Positions 26,773 to 36,595 of a DNA stretch of 64,000 nucleotides are shown piece after piece. The translations under genes were made by a program, and so were the position numbers. Each line of letters opens with the position of its first letter. The first letter of the stretch is position 1. Under the pieces are notes generated by a model. That model made no database searches. It was not told the origin of the DNA and worked only from the letters and a program-made list of their open reading frames with translations. The stretch is taken from contig CAZETU010000002.1 in assembly GCA_964514585.1 (NCBI GenBank), forward strand, positions 1 through 64,000. Direction: 5' to 3'. This stretch comes from Candidatus Woesearchaeota archaeon. Its GTDB lineage: Archaea > Nanobdellota > Nanobdellia > Pacearchaeales > GW2011-AR1.

Positions 26773-29520
26773 ATGAAAAAGGGGATTGTCTTAGGGTTGT
26801 CTTTGGTTTTACTTTTTAGTTTAGGAATTGTTTCTGCTGCTTATGTTAATATTGATCATGCTGATAATGGTGATGCGGAGATTATCATTACTCCTGTTGC
26901 TTGGGAATGGAGTTTATTTTCAGGCTGGTATGAAGATCCTTCTGATTTGAGGCTTTCTGGTGATAATGCTAGTGTGAATGATGACGATTATTTAACGTAT
27001 TTTCAAAATGGTCTTATTAGTCATGGAGAAGGTTTTGTTAAATTTCAAATAATTGCTAATTATAATTTTTCAAGTAGTCCAGTTGATGTGGATGAAATTG
27101 TTTATACTAGATATCTTGATACTCGAGGGAGTAGTTCAGATAATGAATATAAGGTAGAAAAGGTTACCGTTTGGCATGATGGAGGAATGGATGAAATTGT
27201 TCTTGCTAATTATGATACGGGTGGAGATCTTCCAATGACTAATGGTTCTGCTATTGTTAATAATTCTGGAGCTGGTTTTACTGGCGTTACTGGAGTTCGG
27301 ATAGATATGCTTTCTGGTAATAGAGGGGGGAGTAGCAATAGAAATACTGTAGTTAGATTGTATGAAGTTAATATCATTGAGAAAGGAGATTGTTCTGCTT
27401 ATTCTGCTACATTAGGTGATTTAAGTGAGGCTAATCGTCTTTATAGATTTTGGGATACGGTCAAAGGTGATACTCATTTTTATACAGCTGGTAAGAATGA
27501 GGCGGTTAAGCTTATGACGACATATTATCCTCAGTTTGTTTATGAGGGTGTTTCTGGTTTTGTTTATGAAGATGCTGCTGGAGGAGATAGGGTTCCTCTT
27601 TATAGGTTTTTTAATAATGAGACGGTTAATGATATTCATTTATATACGATAGATGAAACTGAGAAGATGCTTTTGGAATTTGGTCCTGATTGGGAATTGG
27701 AATTATCTCCAGGCTATGTTCATCCTTGTTCTGTTACTGACTCTTTGGCTTTTCATCGTTATTATAATTCTGTTAATGAAGATAATTTTTATCCTACTAG
27801 CTTGAGTGAGAAGGATAAGATTGATACCACTCCTTTTGCTCCGTGGAATCAGTATGCGTATCAAGGTGTTGAGGGATATTTAGGAGATTATGGTTTTGAG
27901 GATGAATCTCAGATTATTTTGAGTCTCAATGGTTCTGTCGGTGCTCTTGGAAGTCTTTGGAATGCGGGTGTTGTACAAAAGACGATACCTGGCTCTTGTA
28001 TAGGAACTGTTGTTGCGTGTGATGGTGCGACTCAGGTTGCTTGTGAGGGTAATGCTGCTTGTACTTGGATAGCTGCGTATAATATTTATGCTTACCCTAT
28101 GCATAGAATTTATTATGATGAGATTTTTGGGGTTGCTTATACTGATGCTAATCCACATGATTGTACTGGAGGCAATAACGTAGTTGATCTTTCTGCTAAT
28201 ATGAATGTTCTTGTTAGCCCTCCTGATTTTGGTGGACTTGTTGATGTTTGTTATGGAGATTTGGTTTGTGAGTATGATGCGAGTGCTGGGAATGATTGTT
28301 TGAATGGTGGAGAAGTTGTTTTGAGACTAGAGGTGCCTGGAATTTCGTTTGCTGCGGACCCAAGTGATTCGAGCTATTTGGGTAAGATTTGTTGTACTTC
28401 TGCAAGTGCTGGTCCAGCTATTCCCGCTGTTTGTGGAGATAATCTTGTTACTTCTGGAGAGACTTGTGATGTTGGTCTAGATGGAATGAGTGGCGGTGGA
28501 GATGATGTTTTGGGATCTGCTACTTGTGTGACTCAGGGATTTGCGGCTGGAACTTTAAATTGTGCTGCTGGTTGTGGCAGTTATGATACGAGTGCATGTA
28601 TTCCTATTGGCGCAATTGTTGCTTTATGGGCTGATACTGAGGGCAAGGAAATAACTGATTCTCATCTTGGGGCTACTGTTAAAATGATTTTAACTAATGC
28701 GGGAGGAGTTTATGATTTTGAAATTTATGAAGAGGATAGTTTTATTCCTGGCGGGTTTGACGATAAGATTCGTGTTGGGGCGGAAGCCATAACTGGAGTT
28801 CTTGATGGGAATGGGGATCTTGTTGCTGAATGGACGATAACTGCGAAAGATTTGAATGAGGCTAATGATATTGGCGAGATGTTTGATGGCTTTTATTTTG
28901 TTGTCAATGGTGAAATGAGTAAGAATTTGACTATTTCTACTACTTATTATGATGATCCAATGGTTGTAGATATTGTGTCGCCTGATTGTGCAGATTTTTA
29001 TGACAATGATACAATGGTTTCTATTAATATTTCTGCTGATGATCCTGATGATATTATTGATGGGACTTTGATTATTGGGGAAGATCTTTTTTCTTTTTCA
29101 AATGGAGGAACGGTTTTTAATTATACCTTTGAAACTGCTGGGAATGTTCAGATTGTTGCTAATTCTGTTAACTCAAGAAGAGTTAGGCAGAGGGATATTT
29201 CTAATGTTATGATTATTGATACTACGAAAAATGATGTTTATGTTGCTGCTTGTATTACTAAGCCGGAAGATTTTAGCAATATTGAAACTGGTAGTGTTAG
29301 ATTTGAAGCAGGCACTACTCGCGGAATTAATTTTACTTTGCCTAGTAATTATGAGGTGATAGACAAGGATAATCTAAATTTCCATTGGACTTTCAGCGAC
29401 GGTCGAGTTAATCATAATGTGGATGGTGCTAATTCTTTGTCTTATAGTTTTTTCAGCAATTACACTTCTGCTGGAAACAACTGGGCTACCTTGGATGTTG
29501 ACGTTAAGGGTTATCTTTGA
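26773..29520 (+). CDS. Large secreted surface protein, paralog 2 (extra N-terminal beta domain + DUF5648-like + Cys module + shared C-terminal domain)
   Basis: Signal peptide; RLYRFWD..THFY repeats; C-terminus nearly identical to paralogs 1 and 3. Confidence 0.8.
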   Translation: MKKGIVLGLSLVLLFSLGIVSAAYVNIDHADNGDAEIIITPVAWEWSLFSGWYEDPSDLRLSGDNASVNDDDYLTYFQNGLISHGEGFVKFQIIANYNFSSSPVDVDEIVYTRYLDTRGSSSDNEYKVEKVTVWHDGGMDEIVLANYDTGGDLPMTNGSAIVNNSGAGFTGVTGVRIDMLSGNRGGSSNRNTVVRLYEVNIIEKGDCSAYSATLGDLSEANRLYRFWDTVKGDTHFYTAGKNEAVKLMTTYYPQFVYEGVSGFVYEDAAGGDRVPLYRFFNNETVNDIHLYTIDETEKMLLEFGPDWELELSPGYVHPCSVTDSLAFHRYYNSVNEDNFYPTSLSEKDKIDTTPFAPWNQYAYQGVEGYLGDYGFEDESQIILSLNGSVGALGSLWNAGVVQKTIPGSCIGTVVACDGATQVACEGNAACTWIAAYNIYAYPMHRIYYDEIFGVAYTDANPHDCTGGNNVVDLSANMNVLVSPPDFGGLVDVCYGDLVCEYDASAGNDCLNGGEVVLRLEVPGISFAADPSDSSYLGKICCTSASAGPAIPAVCGDNLVTSGETCDVGLDGMSGGGDDVLGSATCVTQGFAAGTLNCAAGCGSYDTSACIPIGAIVALWADTEGKEITDSHLGATVKMILTNAGGVYDFEIYEEDSFIPGGFDDKIRVGAEAITGVLDGNGDLVAEWTITAKDLNEANDIGEMFDGFYFVVNGEMSKNLTISTTYYDDPMVVDIVSPDCADFYDNDTMVSINISADDPDDIIDGTLIIGEDLFSFSNGGTVFNYTFETAGNVQIVANSVNSRRVRQRDISNVMIIDTTKNDVYVAACITKPEDFSNIETGSVRFEAGTTRGINFTLPSNYEVIDKDNLNFHWTFSDGRVNHNVDGANSLSYSFFSNYTSAGNNWATLDVDVKGYL

Positions 29521-29570
29521 TAATGGTTTCTGAAAATAAGATTTATAAAGTTACTAATTCTTCTTCTGTT

Positions 29571-30446
29571 ATGAGGTGGGCTTTGGTATTTTGTGTTTTG
29601 TTTTCTATAGGTATAGTTAGTGCAGCTGCTAGCTCTTCTTCTAGGTCGGATTTTAGCATTGCTGGGTGTCCTTTGAATGGTATAAGTATTCCTGCTGGGG
29701 AGTGTTCTTTGGATGGTCGTTATTATTGTGGTGAGACGAGTTTTATTTTGTATGATACTTTATTTGATGATACGGGGTGTTCTTTTGAGCAGTCTGTTAT
29801 TGGGCAGAGAACATGTTGTCCTTTTGGGTATGTTTGTGAGGATGCGGGTACTATAATTTGTAATTTAAGAAATATTGATTGTTCGAGTTATGTCAGTGAG
29901 GCTACTTGTATAGCTGATGATTGTTATTGGATTGTAGAAGATGGAGTTTGTGTCAATGATCCTACCGAGTATAGTTGTAGTTTGTATCGGACGTCAGGTA
30001 GTTGTGAAGAAGATGTTTGGAATCTTGGGAAGCGAGGGGAAGGAACGTCGAATTGTGAGACTCATTTTGCAGAAAATGGAGTTTTTTATAGTATTACCGA
30101 TTGCCATTGTTCGTGGGAGACTTCGGAGTGTAATCTTGCTTGGATAACATCCTCTACTATTCATGATGGAAATCCAGATTCCTTTAAGTGTTCTAAGTCC
30201 TTTGGTATGGGGAGTTGTGTTGAGGGATCTCAGAATGTTAATTGGTCTACTTCTTATTTTGATGGAACTGGAAGCTTTTCTGCAGGTGTTCCTTTTGATG
30301 TTTTAGTGGCTGCTGGATGTGTTAATGGAACTTCAGTGAGAGGATGCGGGGAGCCATTAATTAAGTTGCCAGGGTTTAGTTTGTTTTCTTTATTTGTTTC
30401 CATTTTTATTTTAGTTTTATTTTATTTGTGGAAAGGAGATGTTTAA
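29571..30446 (+). CDS. Cys-rich secreted protein with PGF-CTERM-like C-terminal anchor
   Basis: MRWALVFCVLFSIG signal; many Cys; ends KLPGFSLFSLFVSIFILVLFYLWKGDV. Confidence 0.7.
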   Translation: MRWALVFCVLFSIGIVSAAASSSSRSDFSIAGCPLNGISIPAGECSLDGRYYCGETSFILYDTLFDDTGCSFEQSVIGQRTCCPFGYVCEDAGTIICNLRNIDCSSYVSEATCIADDCYWIVEDGVCVNDPTEYSCSLYRTSGSCEEDVWNLGKRGEGTSNCETHFAENGVFYSITDCHCSWETSECNLAWITSSTIHDGNPDSFKCSKSFGMGSCVEGSQNVNWSTSYFDGTGSFSAGVPFDVLVAAGCVNGTSVRGCGEPLIKLPGFSLFSLFVSIFILVLFYLWKGDV

Positions 30447-30449
30447 AAT

Positions 30450-32492
30450 ATGGAAAAGTTGTTTGGGTTTTTATTACTGTTTTTATTACTGTTAGTTTTT
30501 GTTAGTGCTGCTGATAATCTTTGTCTTGATGATGTTGGGTGGGATGTCAGTGTAGTTCATAGCCCTGGGAGTCCTGCTGAATGTCCTAGTATACCTAATA
30601 GTCCTAACAATGTTAATGACGGTAATCAGAATACGGTTTCTATGGGGTGTAGAATGAATGATAATTATGATTACCCTGTCGAAATTACTTTTCCATCTGT
30701 TGTCCCTTTAATTACTAGGGTATCTTATAACTATTCTTCATCTATGGCCTATAAATCTTACCCCTCTGTTCCTGGTGTTTATTCAAAAGTGGAGTTGGTT
30801 TCTGAAGGGGCATGGGTTGAAGCTGTTGGCTGTGTTGTTTTGTATGAAGGAAATTCAGTTATACCTTATATCGGCGGTATAAATAATCCTAGATCAAGAG
30901 AAGAATGTGTTGGTGTTTGGAATAATGTTGAAAAAATAAGATTAACTTTAAGTGCTCAATATGGTTGTTGTCCTAGTGATCCTGGCCCTTTTGCTGGTTA
31001 TGTTTTTTTAGAAGAGGTTGGGGCTTATGACGATGTTTCTGCTGTTTGTGTTCCTGATTGTTCTGGAAAGGATTGTGGGACTGATGGGTGTAGTGGTTCT
31101 TGCGGCTCTTGTGCTGGTGGATTTACGTGTTCTTCTGGTTCTTGTGTTCCCGTTGCTCTTCCTCCTCCTGTGGGTTCAGATATTATTATGAAACTTAGTT
31201 CTTCTGATAATGCTCATGGGGCTTTATGGAATGATGGGGTTTATACCGAAGAAATTCTTTATAGTAGTATTTTTGGTGGGGTTTATTCTGGAGATCTAAC
31301 AACTGTGCATGATTGTATTGTGGGCAATGAGGTTGTGGGAATATCTGGCTTGACTAATGCTCATGCTGAGGATCCCTCTTTGGATAATTATGCTAATAAT
31401 GTTTGTTATGGAGATTTGGTTTGTGAAGCGGATTCAAGTTTTGGAGATTCTTGCTTTAATGGTGGTGAGATTGTTGTTAGATTGGCTTCGGTTACCAATT
31501 CTCATTTGTCGGATTCTTTTGGCTCATATCCTGTAAAAATTTGCTGTGTCTCGGGGGGCGGTAGTGTGGTGGTTCCTCCCGTTGGAACTTATTGGGCAGA
31601 TGCTAATGGCAAGGAAATAACCGATTCTCATCTTGGAGCTACTGTTAAAATGATTTATACTAACGCTGGCGGAGTTTATGATTTTGAAATTTATGAAGAT
31701 GATGATTTTCTTTTTGGGGGTGTTGATGATGATATTCGTGTTGGGGCGGAAGCGATAGAGGGTGTTCTTGATGAAAATGGAAATCTTGTTGCTGAGTGGA
31801 CAATAACTGCTGATGATTTGAATAATGCTGACGATCTTATTGGGACTGAATTGTTTGATGGTTTTTATTTTATCGTTAATGGTGAGGTGAGTAAAAATTT
31901 GACTATTTCTACTACTTATTATGATGATCCAATGGTTGTTAAGATTGTTTCTCCTAATTGTGCAGATTTTTTCGATCAAGGGAATATTGTTAAGATTAAT
32001 ATTACTGCCGATGATCCTGATGACGTTATTTACGGGGACTTGCTGATTGGTGACGATGAATATTCTTTTACTAATGGGGTGATGGTTTTTAATTATACAT
32101 TTGATGTAGCTGGTAATATTCAAATTATTGCAAATTCTGTTAATTCAAGAAGAGTTAGGCAGAGGGATATTTCTAATGTTATGATTATTGATACTATGAA
32201 AAATGATGTTTATGTTGCTGCTTGTATTACTAAGCCGGAAGATTTTTTTAATTTTGGAACTGGTAGTGTTAGATTTGAGGCAGGTGCTACTCATGGGATT
32301 AATTTTAGTTTGCCGAGTAATTATGAGATGATACCTAAGAAGGATTTAAATTTTTACTGGACTTTCAGCGACGGTAGAGTCAATCATAATGTGGATGGTG
32401 CTAATTCTTTGTCTTATAGTTTTTTCAGCAATTACACTTCTGCTGGGGATAATTGGGCTATCCTGGATGTTGATATCAAGGGTTACTTGTAG
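30450..32492 (+). CDS. Large secreted surface protein, paralog 3 (different N-terminal domain, CVPDCSGKDCG module)
   Basis: Signal peptide; shared CYGDLVC...YPVKICC module and C-terminal domain. Confidence 0.8.
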   Translation: MEKLFGFLLLFLLLLVFVSAADNLCLDDVGWDVSVVHSPGSPAECPSIPNSPNNVNDGNQNTVSMGCRMNDNYDYPVEITFPSVVPLITRVSYNYSSSMAYKSYPSVPGVYSKVELVSEGAWVEAVGCVVLYEGNSVIPYIGGINNPRSREECVGVWNNVEKIRLTLSAQYGCCPSDPGPFAGYVFLEEVGAYDDVSAVCVPDCSGKDCGTDGCSGSCGSCAGGFTCSSGSCVPVALPPPVGSDIIMKLSSSDNAHGALWNDGVYTEEILYSSIFGGVYSGDLTTVHDCIVGNEVVGISGLTNAHAEDPSLDNYANNVCYGDLVCEADSSFGDSCFNGGEIVVRLASVTNSHLSDSFGSYPVKICCVSGGGSVVVPPVGTYWADANGKEITDSHLGATVKMIYTNAGGVYDFEIYEDDDFLFGGVDDDIRVGAEAIEGVLDENGNLVAEWTITADDLNNADDLIGTELFDGFYFIVNGEVSKNLTISTTYYDDPMVVKIVSPNCADFFDQGNIVKINITADDPDDVIYGDLLIGDDEYSFTNGVMVFNYTFDVAGNIQIIANSVNSRRVRQRDISNVMIIDTMKNDVYVAACITKPEDFFNFGTGSVRFEAGATHGINFSLPSNYEMIPKKDLNFYWTFSDGRVNHNVDGANSLSYSFFSNYTSAGDNWAILDVDIKGYL

Positions 32493-32539
32493 GTTTTTTG
32501 ATAAATAAAGTTTATAAACTTGGAAATCATTGTTTTGTT

Positions 32540-32797
32540 ATGAGGTGGACGATTTTAGTGTTGGGCTTATTTCTCGTTAGTATGGTTAGTGCTCAATCTG
32601 AGACTCGAGTTGATTTTATTGTTGGAGAAGACGATGGTAGTGTTGAGTCATATGTTTCTAGTTTTGGGTTTTGGGATTTGTATTGGAGTTATGTTCTAGT
32701 TTTGGCTGTTGCTTTGGTTGCAGTTGTTGCTATAGTTAAGCTTAAGAAAAAAACGACGAAGAGAAGCAAAAAGATTTCTAAAAAGAAAAAGAGATAG
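32540..32797 (+). CDS. Small membrane protein (signal peptide, one TM, basic tail)
   Basis: MRWTILVLG...VLVLAVALVAVVAIVKLKKK. Confidence 0.65.
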   Translation: MRWTILVLGLFLVSMVSAQSETRVDFIVGEDDGSVESYVSSFGFWDLYWSYVLVLAVALVAVVAIVKLKKKTTKRSKKISKKKKR

Positions 32798-32831
32798 TAT
32801 TATTTATAAAGTATTGATGCTAATTTATTTT

Positions 32832-35483
32832 ATGAAAAGAGAGGGGGTATTTTTTGTTTTAATTTTTGTTTTAATGTCATATGTTTCTGCTTCTATTGAT
32901 GTTAATAATTATAGTTTGAAAGGGACTTATGCTCCTGGAGACGTTATTTCTGGGACTATTAATTTATCAGTTTTGGATGAATCTTTTGTTTCTTTAATAA
33001 CTTCTAGCATTGGTGATGAGATTCCTTTAAGCGATTTTTTGAGTTTGAATGGTGCATTTTATAGATGTTCTCCTCCTGACTGTGCTAATAATTATGATTA
33101 TTCTGGAGAAGAGTCTACTAAGAGTTCTAATATTGATTCTGAAACGGTTTATGTTGGTTTTGTTTTGACTGGAGAGAGTGTTGCGATAACCGGTCTTGGT
33201 TTTGATATTGCTAGTGATTTTGGGATGGATACTAGGTTACCAATAGCAATCGATTTTTTTGAAGGATTTAATTGGAAGTTTGAGGAATTTTCAGAAGAGT
33301 TTTCTTCTATGAAATGGGGGTGTTATGACCCTTTTAGTCCGACTTTGGGACCGCTTATTAGGACGTCAACTTATTGTGAGATGATTTATCTTCCTGATAC
33401 TAATTCTGTAAGAGCGGGGGCTCATGTTGAGAGAAGCGATACTTTAGATTTGAGAATGGTTATCTATCCCGAAATTGGCGGGGCTTTATTGGGGAGTTGT
33501 GTTTTTAATCCGAATGCTCAAGATAGTTGTGATATAAGTGCGGACTATGATGATATTTTTACTGAAGGATATTATCAGGTTTGTATCGAGGCTCCTGAGC
33601 CTACGAATTATAGATTATATGAAGAGGCCTCTGGTGAAGTTTGTGGCTTTGCGTTTTCTTTAGGTCCTGAGAGCAGTAAAAAGGATTTTTCTATATTTGC
33701 GCAAACAGCTAAGTATGCTGCGGCGAATTCTTTTAGTTCAGAGGATATTGATTTAACTAGTGCTGTAGCTGCGGCTGATATGCTTATTGAAGATAGATAT
33801 AATAGGGATTGTAGTGAAGGTTGTGTTTTGCCAATGGCGATTTCAGGTATTGAACAGAATGTTATCATTTCGAATATTGACTTGGATTATTTAAGGAGGG
33901 CGGAGGATCATCTGGAAGATAATGTTTATGATTTATCTGTTGTTCCTGCTCTTGTGAGTTTTAATGAGGTTCTGGATTTAGAGTTTCTTAATTTTAGTGT
34001 TGTTGAGGATGGTGATTATTCTGTTTATCTTGATGGTATAAAACTTTTCGAAGAGAATATCAGTATTTTCCCTTATCCTATTATTGATTCTCTTGTTCCG
34101 ATAAATCCCCCTGCAGGTATACCGGTTTCTTTTCATGTATCTGTTGACTTCGAGGGGAGTAAGCAGTTAAAGTATAAGTGGGATTTTGGTGATGGTGTTA
34201 CAGAGGAAACTGTCAAGCCTTCGGCTGTTCATAAGTACAACGAAATTAATGATTATGATTTGAGTGTTGAGGTTGTTTATGATAGTAATTATTCTACGAA
34301 GAAAACTTTTCCCATTACTACTATTAGTCCTGCGGAAGCGATTAATGTTTCTCTTTCTCAGAAGAATGAATCTTTGAATAAGGTTTTGAATAAGGTTAAT
34401 CTTTTTCCTTTATGGTATAGAACTGCTTTAAAGAATACTATAAAACTCCCTTTTTATGTTAGTGAGATGACTAGGTTGGCCGAAGAAAGAAGTGAGGCGA
34501 CGAGTGATGAAGATTTTTTTAAGATTGCTTCTGAAGTTTATAACTTAAATATTCCAACAGATGTGATGTCTGATGATTTTTCTAGTCCCGGTCTTTTGAC
34601 AACGTCTGATGAAATTGAGCCGGAAGTTATTGCGGATGTTGGTGGAAGTGTTAGTGGGGAGTTGAATGATTATAGGGATCCTATTTATTCTTGGCAATCA
34701 AGAAATATTGAGGCTGCTTATTCAAGTAGTGAGTTTTCTATTACTCGTTGGGATGGGGAAATTGAGAGTGTTTTTACGATTTATGATTTTAATGTTATGT
34801 CTTATGGCCCTCTTGAGAGTTATTTTGTAATTGATAAGCCTCTTAGTAGTCTGACTTTTGATGGTAGTACTGGTGTTATAACTTCTGGTAGTTCAACTGT
34901 TATTTCTTTAGACGGCGAGAGTCAGAAATCCTTTAGATTTTATTATGAAGGGACAGAAGAATCTTCTTTTTTTGTTAGTCCTGTTTTGAGTTCGCTTGTT
35001 ATTGAGGATAATATTGATACGAGTTGTAACTATAATGGTTTTTGTGAAAAGGATACTGGTGAGGATTATAAGGTTTGTAGGAGTGACTGTAAGCCTACGG
35101 GTAAAATTATTGTTTATATTATTTTGGCGATTTTGTTTGTGTTAGTTGTTTATACTATTTTGCAGATTTGGTATAAGAGGCATTATGAGAGTTATTTGTT
35201 TAAGGATAGAAGACAGTTGTATAATATTTTGATGTATGTGACGAATGCGAGGGTACGGGGAATGAAAGATGGTCAGATTGCGGCTGATTTGAGGAAGCAG
35301 GGCTGGTCTAGGGAGAGGATTGTTTATGTTATTAAGAAATCTCACGGGAAAAGAACTGGTATGTTTGAGATTATTCCGATTGAGTTGGTTGCCGCTTTTT
35401 TTAGAGAGAGAAAGGCTAGAAAGAATATTGCCACTCAGCCTCAACAACAAACGGGAGGAAACATTAATAAATCTGGATATTGA
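32832..35483 (+). CDS. Large PKD-domain cell-surface protein with C-terminal TM and cytoplasmic tail
   Basis: Signal peptide; YKWDFGDG PKD motif; TM near residue 770; LRKQGW tail. Confidence 0.8.
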   Translation: MKREGVFFVLIFVLMSYVSASIDVNNYSLKGTYAPGDVISGTINLSVLDESFVSLITSSIGDEIPLSDFLSLNGAFYRCSPPDCANNYDYSGEESTKSSNIDSETVYVGFVLTGESVAITGLGFDIASDFGMDTRLPIAIDFFEGFNWKFEEFSEEFSSMKWGCYDPFSPTLGPLIRTSTYCEMIYLPDTNSVRAGAHVERSDTLDLRMVIYPEIGGALLGSCVFNPNAQDSCDISADYDDIFTEGYYQVCIEAPEPTNYRLYEEASGEVCGFAFSLGPESSKKDFSIFAQTAKYAAANSFSSEDIDLTSAVAAADMLIEDRYNRDCSEGCVLPMAISGIEQNVIISNIDLDYLRRAEDHLEDNVYDLSVVPALVSFNEVLDLEFLNFSVVEDGDYSVYLDGIKLFEENISIFPYPIIDSLVPINPPAGIPVSFHVSVDFEGSKQLKYKWDFGDGVTEETVKPSAVHKYNEINDYDLSVEVVYDSNYSTKKTFPITTISPAEAINVSLSQKNESLNKVLNKVNLFPLWYRTALKNTIKLPFYVSEMTRLAEERSEATSDEDFFKIASEVYNLNIPTDVMSDDFSSPGLLTTSDEIEPEVIADVGGSVSGELNDYRDPIYSWQSRNIEAAYSSSEFSITRWDGEIESVFTIYDFNVMSYGPLESYFVIDKPLSSLTFDGSTGVITSGSSTVISLDGESQKSFRFYYEGTEESSFFVSPVLSSLVIEDNIDTSCNYNGFCEKDTGEDYKVCRSDCKPTGKIIVYIILAILFVLVVYTILQIWYKRHYESYLFKDRRQLYNILMYVTNARVRGMKDGQIAADLRKQGWSRERIVYVIKKSHGKRTGMFEIIPIELVAAFFRERKARKNIATQPQQQTGGNINKSGY

Positions 35484-35495
35484 TTTTTTGTTAGG

Positions 35496-36137
35496 ATGAT
35501 AAAGATAATTAGAAATTTTGCGCGTAGAATTTTTTCTGGTGTTTTCAAAAAAAAAGGGGAGATAAAACTTGGTTTTTATGGTTCTCCAAATGCGGGAAAA
35601 ACTAGCTTGGCTAATAGAATTTGTCAGGATTGGTTGGGGGAGGATTTGGGTTCTGTTTCGAGGATGCCTCATGAAACTAGGGAGATTCAGATTAAAGAAA
35701 AGGTTATTCTCGAGAGAGATGGGAAGAAGATTGAGTTTAAGTTGATTGATACTCCCGGGATTGCGACGAAGATTGATTTTGAGGATTTTATGAAATTTGG
35801 TTTGAAGAAGAAGGAAGCGCAAGATCGAGCAAAGCAGGCGACGCAGGGAATTATTGAATCGATAAAATGGTTGGATGATATGGACGCTGTTATTGTTTTG
35901 ATTGATGCTACGATGAATCCTTATTCTCAGGTTAATATTACGATCATTGGAAATTTGGTAGCGAGGAAGATTCCTGTTTTGGTTGTTGCAAATAAGATAG
36001 ATTTAAAAAAATCAGATATTAAGAAAGTACAGGGGGCATTCCCTGAGTATGAGGTTGTTGGAATCTCTGCTAAAAACGGTGATAATATTGAAGAGTTCTA
36101 TGAAGAACTTTTCAAACTAGTGAAGAAAGTAAAGTAA
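35496..36137 (+). CDS. oapA: Era-like small GTPase (OapA-like)
   Basis: G1 GSPNAGKTS, G2 PHETRE, G3 DTPG, G4 NKID, G5 SAK; followed by a DUF2073-like gene. Confidence 0.8.
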   Translation: MIKIIRNFARRIFSGVFKKKGEIKLGFYGSPNAGKTSLANRICQDWLGEDLGSVSRMPHETREIQIKEKVILERDGKKIEFKLIDTPGIATKIDFEDFMKFGLKKKEAQDRAKQATQGIIESIKWLDDMDAVIVLIDATMNPYSQVNITIIGNLVARKIPVLVVANKIDLKKSDIKKVQGAFPEYEVVGISAKNGDNIEEFYEELFKLVKKVK

Positions 36138-36138
36138 T

Positions 36139-36564
36139 ATGGTTATGAAAAAAAAGAGTGTGAAGAAGAAGGGCAAGAAGTCTGGAAAGGATTTGACTAT
36201 TCATTTTATGCCTTATTCTGAGATTGCAAAAGAGGATGCGATTGGTAGGATAAAGAAGATAATGGGTTTTGTTTTGGATAGTAAGATTGTGATTTTGCAG
36301 GGAAAGCTTAGACCTGATGAAGAGGCTAGGCTGATTGAGAATTCTATGACTTTGATTGGGAATATTGAGGGGTTTCAAGGAATTGAGATTGCTGGGTTGT
36401 CTGGAGATAATGAGCATCGAGGAATGTTTGAAAGGGTGAGACGGAATATTGCGAAGATTTTGATTGGGGAGCAGGATGCTATTACTATTATTGGGCCGGC
36501 TTCGGTTGTTAAAGAAATGACGAAGGATCCGAGGAAAATCGAATTGATGTTGCAGAGGAAGTAA
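36139..36564 (+). CDS. oapB: DUF2073-family protein (OapB-like)
   Basis: IVILQGKLRPDEEARLIENSM, FQGIEIA, TIIGPASVVK. Confidence 0.75.
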   Translation: MVMKKKSVKKKGKKSGKDLTIHFMPYSEIAKEDAIGRIKKIMGFVLDSKIVILQGKLRPDEEARLIENSMTLIGNIEGFQGIEIAGLSGDNEHRGMFERVRRNIAKILIGEQDAITIIGPASVVKEMTKDPRKIELMLQRK

Positions 36565-36595
36565 GATTTATTAAGTTTTTATTGTTAGAGTTTTT

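Noticed and set aside
26570-32492. Near-identical 3' ends of the three surface paralogs as DGR template/variable repeats
   Set aside because: Differences are mostly synonymous C/T changes, not adenine-specific; all copies are coding; no reverse transcriptase in the window.
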